DNA of 64,000 nt. Origin: an uncultured Candidatus Rokubacteria bacterium. GTDB lineage: Bacteria; Methylomirabilota; Methylomirabilia; Rokubacteriales; DASRDR01. This document shows, piece by piece, positions 29,124 to 38,993 of the stretch; the first letter of the stretch is position 1, and every line of letters starts with the position of its first letter. The translations under genes and the position numbers were made by a program. Under the pieces are notes generated by a model. It did not search any database. It worked only from the letters and a program-made list of their open reading frames with translations, and was not told the DNA's origin. The DNA lies in the NCBI GenBank assembly GCA_963826115.1, contig CAWGVS010000012.1, positions 224,001 through 288,000 of the forward strand, given 5' to 3'.

Positions 29124-30413
29124 ATGAGCCCGCCGGGCGAGTGGGACTTCGACGCCGCGGTCATCGGCGGCGGGCCGGGCGGCTCCAGCACGGCGACCGC
29201 CCTCGCGCGCCGCGGGCGGCGGGTCCTCCTCCTGGAGCGGGACCAGTTCCCCCGCTTCCACATCGGGGAGTCCCAGCTGCCCTGGAGCAACGAGATCTTC
29301 GACGCCCTCGGCGTCAAGGAAACGATCGCCGGCGCCGGGTTCGTCCACAAGTGGGGCGCGAGCTTCTCGACGATGGACGGCGCGAACGAGCAGTACGCCG
29401 ACTTCGCCCAGGCCTGGGAGACCCCGACCCCTCAGACCTTCCAGGTGCCGCGGGCGACGTTCGACGATCTGCTCCTCCGCCACTCGGAGAAGAGCGGCGT
29501 GGACGTCCGCGAGCGCCACCGCGCGCTCGAGGCGATCTTCGACACCGGCGGGGTGACGCTCCGGTTCGCCGATCCGGAGGGCGCGGAGCATTCGGTCCGC
29601 GCGGGCGCGATCGTCGACGCCTCCGGCCGGGCCGGGTTCCTCGCCAAGAAGTACGGGCGCCACGCCATGGACCCGCTCCTCCGCAACATCGCGGTGCACT
29701 CCCAGTACGAGAGCATCCCGCGCGCCACGGGACGGCGGGCCGGCGACATCCGGATGTTCACGCGCCCCGACATGGGGTGGATCTGGCTCATCCCGCTGTC
29801 GGACCGCGTGACCAGCGTGGGCGCCGTGATCCCCCAGTCCGTGCACCGCCGCGAGTCGCGCGACACGCCCGAGGCGAGCCTCGCGCACTACATCGAGAGC
29901 ACGCCGGGGGCGGCCCGGCTCATGACGAGCGCCCGGCAGGTGACGCCGGTCCGGTTCGACGCGGACTACTCGTATCTCGGGACGGTCATGGCCGGCGACC
30001 GGTGGGTCACGGTGGGGGACAGCGCCGCCTTCCTCGACCCCATCTTCTCGACCGGGGTCCTGATGGCGATGCAGGGCGGGCTGGACGTCGCGGCCGCGAT
30101 CGACGCCGGGCTCCGCGATGGCGACCTGTCGCGGCGGCGCTTCGCCCCGTACGAGCGCCTCGTGCGGACTCGGTACCGCCACTTCCGACGCTTCGCGGTC
30201 GGCTTCTACAATCCGAACTTCCGAGACCTGTGGTTCAACCGGAGCGAGCGCGGGGGCATCTACGAGTCGGTGCTCTCCGTCCTGGCCGGCAACTATGCCC
30301 CGTCGCTCAGGGTGCGGCTCCGGCTCCACTTCTTCTTCGTGCTGGTCGCCCTCCAGCGCGTGTTCGACATCGCCCCCCGCGGCCCCCGGGCCCCGCAGGA
30401 GCGCGGCCGCTAG
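29124..30413 (+). CDS. Flavin-dependent halogenase-like oxidoreductase
   Basis: GGGPGG, FPRFHIGES, FVHKWG (catalytic Lys position), WIWLIP, GDSAAFLDPIFSTGV. Confidence 0.82.
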   Translation: MSPPGEWDFDAAVIGGGPGGSSTATALARRGRRVLLLERDQFPRFHIGESQLPWSNEIFDALGVKETIAGAGFVHKWGASFSTMDGANEQYADFAQAWETPTPQTFQVPRATFDDLLLRHSEKSGVDVRERHRALEAIFDTGGVTLRFADPEGAEHSVRAGAIVDASGRAGFLAKKYGRHAMDPLLRNIAVHSQYESIPRATGRRAGDIRMFTRPDMGWIWLIPLSDRVTSVGAVIPQSVHRRESRDTPEASLAHYIESTPGAARLMTSARQVTPVRFDADYSYLGTVMAGDRWVTVGDSAAFLDPIFSTGVLMAMQGGLDVAAAIDAGLRDGDLSRRRFAPYERLVRTRYRHFRRFAVGFYNPNFRDLWFNRSERGGIYESVLSVLAGNYAPSLRVRLRLHFFFVLVALQRVFDIAPRGPRAPQERGR

Positions 30414-30474
30414 GCGACACGGACCCAAGGACGCGGCCGGATGGCCCCGCGGCCGCGACGCGAGGAGGCGAGCG

Positions 30475-30810
30475 GTGGACGCGGTCTCCGACTCGAGCCA
30501 TCTCTACGCGGTCGAGCGCCGGGCCCGGCACGCCGAGCGTCCGGGCTTCCGGATCTCGGAGCTCCAGATCTCCCCCACCCAGCAGGTGCCCTGGCACTAC
30601 CACTCCCGCATCCAGGACACGTTCTACGTCCTCGAGGGCCGGCTCCGGCTCTTCCTGCGCGAGCCCGAGGAAGAGGTGCCCCTCGGGCCCGGGGAGACCT
30701 ACTCGGTCCGTCCCGGGCGCCCGCACCTCGTCACCAACGGGGGCGGCACGTCCGCGACCTTCCTGGTCCTCCAGGGTCTCGGCGAGTACGACTACGTGCC
30801 CTTGCCATGA
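30475..30810 (+). CDS. Cupin domain protein
   Basis: PWHYH...[13 protein letters not shown]; AGGAGG RBS before GTG. Confidence 0.85.
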   Translation: MDAVSDSSHLYAVERRARHAERPGFRISELQISPTQQVPWHYHSRIQDTFYVLEGRLRLFLREPEEEVPLGPGETYSVRPGRPHLVTNGGGTSATFLVLQGLGEYDYVPLP

Positions 30811-31196
30811 CCACGCCCCGCCGCCCCGGCTGGCCACGTCCCGAGGAGCACCGCACGGCCATCGCGACCGACCGCGTGACCACCGCGATGGGCTTCGAGG
30901 GGTACCGCGTCGTGCAGCACCGCGGCGTCGTGCGCGGGATCGTCGTGCGCTCGCGGAGCGTCGTGGGGAGCCTGGGAGCGTCGATCCAGACCCTCTTCGG
31001 CGGGAACATCACGCTCTACACCGAGCTCTGCGAGCACGCCCGGCAGGACGCCTTCGACCTCATGCTGCGGCACGGCGGCGAGGTCGGCGCGAACGCCATC
31101 ATCGGGATGCGGTACGACGCGAACGAGATCGCCCCCGGCGTCACCGAGGTGCTGGCCTACGGCACCGCCGTCGTCATCGAGCCGGCCGGCCGCTGA
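30807..31196 (+). CDS. YbjQ/UPF0145 family protein
   Basis: [20 protein letters not shown]; ATGA overlap with the cupin gene. Confidence 0.9.
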   Translation: MTTPRRPGWPRPEEHRTAIATDRVTTAMGFEGYRVVQHRGVVRGIVVRSRSVVGSLGASIQTLFGGNITLYTELCEHARQDAFDLMLRHGGEVGANAIIGMRYDANEIAPGVTEVLAYGTAVVIEPAGR

Positions 31197-31248
31197 CGGT
31201 GCTATGCTCGGCGCGCCGGTCGAGACCGCCGGCCCCGCGGAGGCGCTC

Positions 31249-32514
31249 GTGAACACCAGCTGCGACACGCTCGTCGCCCTCGGCTCCGAGACGCGGAGCG
31301 GGCGGACGCTCTTCGCCAAGAACAGCGACCGCCCGGTCATCGAGTGCCAGCCGCTCCAGGCCGTGCCCGCGGGGCGTCACCCGCCGGGCGCGACGGTCCG
31401 GTGCACCTACCTCGAGATCCCGGAGGCCCCGGAGACGCTCGCGGTCCTGGGCAGCCGCCCCTGGTGGATCTGGGGATTCGAGCACGGCGTCAACGAGGCC
31501 GGCGTCGCGATCGGCAACGAGGCGCTCCACACGCGCGAGACGCCGGCCGAGACCGGCCTCCTCGGCATGGACCTCCTGCGCCTCGGCCTCGAGCGCGGCC
31601 GGACCGCCGACGAGGCCAGGCGCGTGATCACGGACCTGCTCGAGGCGCACGGCCAGGGCGGCAGCGCCCAGCACGGCGGCCGCCGCTACTACCACAACAG
31701 CTTCATCATCGCGGACCCCGGCACCGCGTGGGTGCTCGAGACCTCGGGCCGCCACTGGGTCGCGCGCCGAGTCCGGGGACGGGCGGCGATCTCCAACCTT
31801 GCCACGATCGGCGACGACTGGGACAACGCCTCGCGGGGGATCGAGGCCTACGCGGCGGAACGCGGGTGGTGGACGCCAACGCCGGGCCGCCGCTTCGACT
31901 TCCGCGCCGCCTTCGAGAACCCCGAGCCGCGCTACCGGGCGGAGGCGCGCTACGACGCGCACTGTCGGTTCCTGGCCGCCGTCGGCCGCCCCGACGTGCC
32001 CGACATGTTCCGGCACCTCCGGGACCACTACGACGGCGGCACGATCCACCGGCCCGGCCGGAAGGACGGCGATCCCGAGGGCTGGTCGGTCTGCATGCAT
32101 CCGGAGCCGGCGACCGGCGCGACGGCGGCGGCCATGGTGGCGGAGCTCGGGCGGGAGGGACCGGTGATCGCCTGGTGCGCCCAGACGACCCCGTGCACGA
32201 GCGTGTTCCTCCCGGTCGCCGTCGGGGCGGCGCTGCCCGAGGCGCTCACGTCGGGGGTGGGCGAGCCCGACGGGCGGTCCGCCTGGTGGCTCATGAAGGC
32301 GCTCGGGGACGAGGTGATGCGCGACCCGGTCGGGCGGACGCCCGCGGTCCAGCGCGTCTGGCACGCGTGGGAGCGGGAGCTCCTCGCCGCGGTCGCCGGC
32401 GCCCGGACCGCGCTGGGCCGGGACCTGGCCGGGCGGGTCGAGGAGATGCTCCGACGGCGCGAAACGCTGCTGAGACAGGCGGCGGCGGCGCCGCTCGCCG
32501 CCCACGGAGGATAG
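31249..32514 (+). CDS. C69 family dipeptidase/secernin-like Ntn hydrolase
   Basis: N-terminal SCDT nucleophile, FAKNSDRP, WIWGFEHGVNE, GMDLLRLGLER, YHNSFIIAD. Confidence 0.88.
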   Translation: MNTSCDTLVALGSETRSGRTLFAKNSDRPVIECQPLQAVPAGRHPPGATVRCTYLEIPEAPETLAVLGSRPWWIWGFEHGVNEAGVAIGNEALHTRETPAETGLLGMDLLRLGLERGRTADEARRVITDLLEAHGQGGSAQHGGRRYYHNSFIIADPGTAWVLETSGRHWVARRVRGRAAISNLATIGDDWDNASRGIEAYAAERGWWTPTPGRRFDFRAAFENPEPRYRAEARYDAHCRFLAAVGRPDVPDMFRHLRDHYDGGTIHRPGRKDGDPEGWSVCMHPEPATGATAAAMVAELGREGPVIAWCAQTTPCTSVFLPVAVGAALPEALTSGVGEPDGRSAWWLMKALGDEVMRDPVGRTPAVQRVWHAWERELLAAVAGARTALGRDLAGRVEEMLRRRETLLRQAAAAPLAAHGG

Positions 32515-32518
32515 CGCC

Positions 32519-34108
32519 ATGAGCCCGCGCCACCGCCCGTCGATGCCCTCCCGCCGGGACCTGCTCGTGGGGGCCGCCGCGCTCGGCGCGGCCGGGACCG
32601 TCGGCCCCGCCATCCTGCGCCGGGCCGCCCACGCGCAGGAGCCGCGCGCCGGCGGCGTGCTGAAGGTCGCCATCATCGGCGAGCCGCCCTCGCTCGACGC
32701 CCACTGGACGACGGCGAGCCTGACCTACGACGTGACCGCGCACCTCTACGAGCCGCTCTTCACGCTGGACGAGCGCTACGGCGTCGTCCCGATGCTGGCG
32801 GAGGGCCACGCCGTCTCGGACGGGGGCAAGACCTGGACGATCCGCCTCCGCCGCGGCGTGCCGTTCCACAACGGGAAGGAGTGCGCCGCCGAGGACGTGG
32901 TCGCCTCGCTCACGCGGTGGGGCCGGATCGCCAGCGTCGGGAAGGGGCTCTTCAAGAACGTGCAGAGCTTCCAGGCGAAGGACCGGTACACGGTGGAGCT
33001 CCGCTTCGGGGGCTGCTCGGGCCCCGTGCTGGCGGCGCTGGCCAACACCAGCCAGTTTCCGGCGATCTACCCGAAGGAGGTCGTGGACGCGGCGGGCGAC
33101 GGCCAGATCAAGGACTTCATCGGGACCGGGCCGTTCCGCTTCGTCGAGCGGGTCCCCGATCGGCACACGCGCATGGCGCGCTTCGACAAGTACGCGGCGC
33201 GCGCCGAGGCTCCCAACGGCTACGGCGGGCGGCGGACCGCGTACGTGGACGAGCTCCAGTTCATCCCGGTGCCAGACGTGTCGGTGCGGGCGGCCGGCGT
33301 CGAGTCGGGCGAGTTCCACTTCAGCGACTGGATCGCCCCCGACAACTACGAGCGCCTGACCCGCAACTCGCGGCTCGACGTCATGCTCGTCAAGCCGAAC
33401 GAATGGGTCAGCGCCATCTTCAACAAGAAGCAGGGCCCGTTCGCCAATCGGGCGCTCCGCCAGGCGTTCCTCGCCGCCCTCGACATGGAGCCGATCATGC
33501 GGTCCGCGGTCGGCGCGCCGGAGTTCTACCGCCTGGACCCGAGCCTGATCTTCCGGGAGCAGGTGTGGTGGTCGGACGTCGGCAAGGACGTCTACAACCG
33601 GCCGGACAAGGAAAAGGCCCAGCGGCTCATGCGGGAGGCCGGCTACAAGGGCGAGCCGATCCGCTGGATGGCGACCCAGTTCTACGACTGGATGTACAAG
33701 TCGGCGCTCGCCGCCAAGCAGCAGCTCGAGGACGTCGGCTTCAACATCGACCTCCAGGTGCTCGAGTGGGCGACCGTCGTCCAGCGCCGCAACGATCCCA
33801 AGCTCTACGACGTCTTCACCACCGGGATCGGCTTCAACACCGACCCCTCCCAGATGGTCGTGCTCTCCTGCGACTGGCCGGGCTGGACGTGCGATCCGAA
33901 GCTCGACGCGCTCCAGTCCCGGATGGCGTGCGAGACCGACTTCGCCCGTCGCAAGGCGGTCTGGGAGGAGATCCAGCGCTGGTTCTGGGACGAGGTCCCG
34001 GTGGTCAAGCTCGGCGACTTCTTCACGCTCCGCGTCAAGCAGAAGACCGTGGCCGGCTACGCGAACCGTTACCGGCCGTTCTTCTGGAACGTGGGGCTCC
34101 GGGCCTAG
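32519..34108 (+). CDS. ABC transporter substrate-binding protein, family 5 (peptide/nickel), Tat-exported
   Basis: SRRDLL Tat motif; PMLAE, LRRGVPFHNG, IGTGPF, NRALRQA. Confidence 0.92.
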   Translation: MSPRHRPSMPSRRDLLVGAAALGAAGTVGPAILRRAAHAQEPRAGGVLKVAIIGEPPSLDAHWTTASLTYDVTAHLYEPLFTLDERYGVVPMLAEGHAVSDGGKTWTIRLRRGVPFHNGKECAAEDVVASLTRWGRIASVGKGLFKNVQSFQAKDRYTVELRFGGCSGPVLAALANTSQFPAIYPKEVVDAAGDGQIKDFIGTGPFRFVERVPDRHTRMARFDKYAARAEAPNGYGGRRTAYVDELQFIPVPDVSVRAAGVESGEFHFSDWIAPDNYERLTRNSRLDVMLVKPNEWVSAIFNKKQGPFANRALRQAFLAALDMEPIMRSAVGAPEFYRLDPSLIFREQVWWSDVGKDVYNRPDKEKAQRLMREAGYKGEPIRWMATQFYDWMYKSALAAKQQLEDVGFNIDLQVLEWATVVQRRNDPKLYDVFTTGIGFNTDPSQMVVLSCDWPGWTCDPKLDALQSRMACETDFARRKAVWEEIQRWFWDEVPVVKLGDFFTLRVKQKTVAGYANRYRPFFWNVGLRA

Positions 34109-34860
34109 CCTCCGGCCGGACCCCGCCCGCGGTCGATCGGCCGCGACGGCGGCTCGACGCGCAGGCCGACCAGGCGCTCCATCGTCGCCGGGTCCTCGCG
34201 AAGGTCCGAGGACCGCCCGCGGTGGGCGACCCCGCCGCCCTCGAGCACGACCGCCGTCTCCGTGAGGGACAGCGCGAGCTCGACGTGCTGCTCGACCAGG
34301 ACGACGGCCACGCCCTGCTCCGCCCGCACGCGCCGGACCGCGGCGACCAGCTCCTCGACCACGATCGGCGCGAGCCCTTCCAGGGGCTCGTCGAGCAGCA
34401 GAAGCGCGGGGTTCGTCATGAGCGCCCGCCCGATGGCGAGCATCTGCTGCTCCCCGCCCGACAGGTGGTCCCCGCGGCTCTTCCGGCGCTCCGCGAGCCT
34501 CGGGAAGAGCGCGTAGACGCGCCCCAGGTCCCACGGGCCCGGGCGCGCTGCCACCGCGAGGTTCTCCTCGACGGTCAGGGAGGGAAAGACCTCGCGCTCC
34601 TGGGCGACCCAGCCAAGGCCGGCGAGCGCGCGGCGATGGGGCGGGACCGCGCCGAGATCCCGGCCGCGCCACCGGAGGGCGCCCCGGGTCACGTCGGCGA
34701 GGCCCATGATCGCGAGGAGGAGCGTCGTCTTCCCCACCCCGTTCCGGCCCAGCACGGCCAGGCTGCCTCCGGGCGCCACGTCGAGCGTGACGGCGTCGAG
34801 GACCACCGCGTCGCCGTAGCCCACGCGCACGCCGTCCACGGCGAGCAGCGGCTCAGTCAT
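34105..34860 (-). CDS. livF: Branched-chain amino acid ABC transporter ATPase (LivF type)
   Basis: GRNGVGKTT, LSGGEQQML, LLLDEP. Confidence 0.9.
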   Translation of the reverse strand: MTEPLLAVDGVRVGYGDAVVLDAVTLDVAPGGSLAVLGRNGVGKTTLLLAIMGLADVTRGALRWRGRDLGAVPPHRRALAGLGWVAQEREVFPSLTVEENLAVAARPGPWDLGRVYALFPRLAERRKSRGDHLSGGEQQMLAIGRALMTNPALLLLDEPLEGLAPIVVEELVAAVRRVRAEQGVAVVLVEQHVELALSLTETAVVLEGGGVAHRGRSSDLREDPATMERLVGLRVEPPSRPIDRGRGPAGG

Positions 34861-35611
34861 GCCGGCCTCGGCCCAGGTACACCTCGCGCACCCGCGGATC
34901 CGCCGCGACCTCGGCGGGCGGACCCTCCATCAGGATCTGGCCGCCGACCATGACGACGATGCGCCGCGCGAACCGGAACACGACGCTCATGTCGTGCTCG
35001 ATGAACAGCACCGCGATGTCCTCGGAGAGGCCGTCGATCGCGTCGAAGAGCTCCGCGCTCTCGCCCTTCGGCACGCCGGCAGCCGGCTCGTCCAGCAGGA
35101 GCACCGCGGGCCGCGTGGCGAGCGCGAGCGCGATCTCGAGCAGGCGCTGCTGGCCGTAGGCGAGCTCGCGGATCGGTCGGCGCCAGCTCAGGCCGAGCCG
35201 CAGGGACACGAGGATCTGGTGCGCCTCGTCGAGCGCCTCGCGAAAGGCCGGGAGCCGCCGCCAGAACACGCCCGCGACCCCCCGCCGCTCGCACACCGCC
35301 AGCGCCACCGCCTCGAGGGCCGTGAGGTGCGGGAACAGGGTGTTGATCTGGAAGGTCCGCACCAGTCCCCGCTTGACGCGGGCCTCGGGCGCGAGGCTCG
35401 TGATCTCCTCGCCCCCGAGGTAGATGCGCCCGCGGTCGGCCGGGAGCATGCCGGTGATCATGTTGATGAGCGTGGTCTTGCCGGCGCCGTTCGGCCCGAT
35501 GAGCGCGTAGCGCTCGCCCCGCGGCAGCGTCAGCTCGACGCTCCGGGCGACGACGAGCGATCCGAAGCTCTTGTCGAGCCCGCGGGTGGACAGGGCGGCG
35601 GGCGCGGTCAG
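34853..35611 (-). CDS. livG: Branched-chain amino acid ABC transporter ATPase (LivG type); apparent CTG start
   Basis: Frame extends upstream of the listed ATG through GLDKSFG and GPNGAGKTT; CTG at 35611 preceded by GGAGG and overlapping the livM stop. Confidence 0.8.
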   Translation of the reverse strand: MTAPAALSTRGLDKSFGSLVVARSVELTLPRGERYALIGPNGAGKTTLINMITGMLPADRGRIYLGGEEITSLAPEARVKRGLVRTFQINTLFPHLTALEAVALAVCERRGVAGVFWRRLPAFREALDEAHQILVSLRLGLSWRRPIRELAYGQQRLLEIALALATRPAVLLLDEPAAGVPKGESAELFDAIDGLSEDIAVLFIEHDMSVVFRFARRIVVMVGGQILMEGPPAEVAADPRVREVYLGRGRHD

Positions 35612-36603
35612 GCCGCCCTCCGAGACCGCGCGCCGAGGCGCGCCAGGCCCCCGAGGATCCCCCCCGGAAACCCCATCACGACGGCGACGAGCAGGAGGCC
35701 GATCCAGAAGTACCAGTACTGGGGGTTGATGCCGGAGAAGCGGTCACGGGCGACCATGAAGATGAGCGCCCCGATCAGGCCGCCGTAGAGGCGCCCGGCG
35801 CCGCCCAGCACCAGCATGACCACCAGCTCGGCCGACCGCTGGAAGCTCAGCACCTCCAGCGCCACGGTCTGGGTCGTCTGGGCCAGGAGCGCGCCGGCCA
35901 CGCCGGCCATCACCGCCGACATCGTGTAGATCCGGCGGACGTGCACCCGGCTCGACACGCCGATCGCCGGCATCCGGGTCGCGTTCTCCCGGATGCCCCG
36001 CAGCGAGAGCCCGAACGGCGAGTACGTCATGCGCCGGGCGCCGAGAAAGATCAGGAAGAGCACCGCCAGCGAGTAGCCGAACGCCGTGTAGCCGTAGAGG
36101 TCGAACCGCAGGTGGCCGAGGAGCGGCCAGGTGCGCACGCCCTGGAGGCCGTCGGCGCCGCCGGTGAGCCAGTGCGCCCGGTTCGCCGCCTCGTGGAGCA
36201 GCACCCCGAGGCCCAGCGTGATCATGATCAGGGCCAGATGACGGACGCGCGCGATGACGAAGCTCGTGGCGTAGCCGACCGCGCCGGCCACCGCCGCGCC
36301 GATCACGAGGCCGGACAGGGGCTCGCCCCACCCGCGCTGCGAGACGATCCCGGCGGCGTAGGCGCCCAGGCCGAAGAACGCCGCGTGGCCGAGCGACACG
36401 ATGCCCGCGTAGCCGAGGATCAGATCGAGCGACAGCGCGAACAGCGCCGTGATCGCGACCTGGCTGGCGAGAACCAGGTACGACGGCGCCAGGAGTAACG
36501 GGAGCGGGGCGGCCAGCCAGAACAGGACCTCCAGCGGCCGCCACCGCGTCTCCGCCTCGGCCCACTCGAGGGGCCCCGCGGTCGCCCCCGAAGCCCCGCC
36601 CAT
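35608..36603 (-). CDS. livM: Branched-chain amino acid ABC permease (LivM type)
   Basis: LGYAGIVSLGHAAFFG, TGGADGL, IREN. Confidence 0.9.
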   Translation of the reverse strand: MGGASGATAGPLEWAEAETRWRPLEVLFWLAAPLPLLLAPSYLVLASQVAITALFALSLDLILGYAGIVSLGHAAFFGLGAYAAGIVSQRGWGEPLSGLVIGAAVAGAVGYATSFVIARVRHLALIMITLGLGVLLHEAANRAHWLTGGADGLQGVRTWPLLGHLRFDLYGYTAFGYSLAVLFLIFLGARRMTYSPFGLSLRGIRENATRMPAIGVSSRVHVRRIYTMSAVMAGVAGALLAQTTQTVALEVLSFQRSAELVVMLVLGGAGRLYGGLIGALIFMVARDRFSGINPQYWYFWIGLLLVAVVMGFPGGILGGLARLGARSRRAA

Positions 36604-36606
36604 CGC

Positions 36607-37470
36607 TCAGCGCCTCCCGAGCAGGCCGGCCGGGCGCCACATCAGCAGGCCGACCATCACCAGGTAGATGAGGAACGCGCCGAGCTCGGGCACGTAGTAC
36701 TTGCCGGCGACGTCGCTGATCCCGAGGACGCTCGCGGCCACGAAGGACCCGCCGATCGACCCGAGCCCGCCCACCGACACGACGATCAGGACGTACACGA
36801 GGTAGGTGAACGCGAACGCCGGATCGAGGCCGACGATCTCGATCGCCAGCGCGCCCCCGAGGCCCGCCAGCCCGCTGCCGAGGGCGAAGGTGATCGCGAA
36901 GGCGCCGTCGACGTCGATCCCGAGGCCGCGGGCCATGCGCTGGTTGTCGACCGCCGCGCGCACCCGGGCGCCGAACCGCGTCCATTCGAGCGCGGCCACC
37001 AGGGCCCCCGCGACGACCACCGCCGTCGCGGCGAGGAAGAGGCGATACACGCCGAGCCGGACCCCGGCGACGGCCAGCGCGCCCCGCAGGTACGGAGGCA
37101 TCGTCACGGGCTGCTGCACCGTGCCGAAGACGTAGGCCGCCGTCGCGGCGGCCATGAACGTGAGCCCGATCGTCAGCAGGCACTGGTCGAGCTCGCCGGC
37201 GCGGTAGAGGCGGCGGTAGAGCGTCCGCTCCAGCACGACGCTCGCCGCCGCCGCCGCCAGGAAGGCGACGGGCAGCGTGACGAGGAAGGGCCAGCCCAGG
37301 CGGCTCATCAGGGTCACGGTCACGTAGCCGCCCAGCATCGCGAAACTCGTGTGCGCCAGGTTGACGAAGTTCATCATCCCCAGCGTCACCGAGAGCCCCA
37401 CCGACAGGAGGAACAGGAGCATCCCGTAGGCGAACCCGTCGAACAGGATGCCCACGACCGGCGCGAGCAC
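36607..37470 (-). CDS. livH: Branched-chain amino acid ABC permease (LivH type)
   Basis: GLSVTLGMMNFVNLAH, TRFGARVRA, GGLGS. Confidence 0.9.
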   Translation of the reverse strand: MLAPVVGILFDGFAYGMLLFLLSVGLSVTLGMMNFVNLAHTSFAMLGGYVTVTLMSRLGWPFLVTLPVAFLAAAAASVVLERTLYRRLYRAGELDQCLLTIGLTFMAAATAAYVFGTVQQPVTMPPYLRGALAVAGVRLGVYRLFLAATAVVVAGALVAALEWTRFGARVRAAVDNQRMARGLGIDVDGAFAITFALGSGLAGLGGALAIEIVGLDPAFAFTYLVYVLIVVSVGGLGSIGGSFVAASVLGISDVAGKYYVPELGAFLIYLVMVGLLMWRPAGLLGRR

Positions 37471-37510
37471 GAGGCCCTGGCCGCGACCGATCAGCCGGCG
37501 AGGCCGGCGG

Positions 37511-38689
37511 TCATGGCTTCATGCGCGCCTTCACCGGATCCTTGACGTTCTCCACCTTGTCGAACTCGACGTTCTTGAGCTGGCCGCCGACGCTCTCGAC
37601 GCGCCGGATGTACACCGTCTGGATGATGTCGCGCGTATCGGGGTCGATCGAGACGGGCCCGCGGGGGCTCTCCCAGCGCATGCCCTTGGCCGCCGCGATC
37701 AGGGAGTCGCCGTCGGTCTTGCCGCCCGTCTTCTTGAGCGCCTCGTAGATCAGGTGGATGCCGTCGTACCCGCCGATGCTGTAGATGTTCGGGTTCCGTC
37801 CGTAGGCGTCGTGGTAGGCCTTCACGAACTCCCGGTTCAGCGCGGAGTCGTGGTTGTAGTCGTAGTGGTACGCGGTGACGATCCCGAGCCCGGCCTCGCC
37901 CATGCTCCGGAGGGCCTCTTCCTCGGTGATCTCCCCCTGTCCCAGGACGCGCATCGTCTTCGGGTCGACGCCGCGATCGGCCAGGGCCTTGCCGATCGCG
38001 GCCGGCTGCACGCCGCCCGGCACCCAGATGTAGATCGCCTCGGGATTCAGGTCCTTCGCGCGCTGGACGAAGGCCGAGAAGTCGGGGTTGGCCAGCGGGA
38101 ACCGCACCGACCCGATGATCTCGCCGCCCGCCTCCTTGAACGCGCGCTGGAACGCGCCCTCGGCGTCGTGCGCCGGGCCGAAGTCGGAGACCATGGAGTA
38201 GACCTTCCGGACGCCGCTCTTGAAGGCCCACGCGCCCAGGGACTCGTTCAGCTGCGGCGTGGTGACCGAGGTGCGCGCGATGTACGGCGACTTGGTCGTG
38301 ATGATCGACGTGGCGGCGTTCATGACCACCATGAACTTCTTCGCCTCGGCCGAGACGTCGGCCGCCGCGAGGGCGTTGGGCGTGAGCACGAAGCCCGCGA
38401 GCATGTCCACCTGGTCGCGGACGATCAGCTCCTGCGCCAGGCGCTTGGCGACGTCCGGCGCGGCGCCGCCGGTGTCGCGGCGGATGAATTCGAGCTTCCG
38501 GCCGGCGACCGTGTCGCCCTTCTGCTTCACGTAGAGCTTGATCGCGTTGTCCATCTGGGTCGCCGTGTCGGCGAACTGCCCGGAGTACGGCATGATCACG
38601 CCGATCTTGATCGTGCCCTGGGCGTGCGCCGCCGTGAGGGAGGCGATCGAGAGCGCGAGACCAACGAGTCCGGCCACGAATCTGTTCAT
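37511..38689 (-). CDS. ABC transporter substrate-binding protein (Leu-binding family)
   Basis: Signal peptide AHA-Q, IKIGVIMPYSG, ESPRGP; GGAGG RBS. Confidence 0.9.
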   Translation of the reverse strand: MNRFVAGLVGLALSIASLTAAHAQGTIKIGVIMPYSGQFADTATQMDNAIKLYVKQKGDTVAGRKLEFIRRDTGGAAPDVAKRLAQELIVRDQVDMLAGFVLTPNALAAADVSAEAKKFMVVMNAATSIITTKSPYIARTSVTTPQLNESLGAWAFKSGVRKVYSMVSDFGPAHDAEGAFQRAFKEAGGEIIGSVRFPLANPDFSAFVQRAKDLNPEAIYIWVPGGVQPAAIGKALADRGVDPKTMRVLGQGEITEEEALRSMGEAGLGIVTAYHYDYNHDSALNREFVKAYHDAYGRNPNIYSIGGYDGIHLIYEALKKTGGKTDGDSLIAAAKGMRWESPRGPVSIDPDTRDIIQTVYIRRVESVGGQLKNVEFDKVENVKDPVKARMKP

Positions 38690-38993
38690 GGACCCTCCCT
38701 GGTTCGACATCGGCGTGACGGCCGCATCCTCTGAGTCCGCGCGGAGTCCCCGCCGCGAACGGGCGGGCGCCGGGCGGGCGCGCCTAGGGTAACGCGGCCG
38801 GCCGGCCGGAGCCAGTGTCTTCTCGCGGGGCCACCGGAGCTCCGTGCTAGGATCGGCCTCGGCACGTGAACACGCGGTGGAGCATCCACGCAGCGACCCG
38901 ACTGGCTCCGCGCCGGCGTGTCCGACCGCCTGCCGCACCGGCCCCCGCCCGATCGTCCGCCGACCCGCCGCGCCAGCCGGCCGGGCTCCCCTG

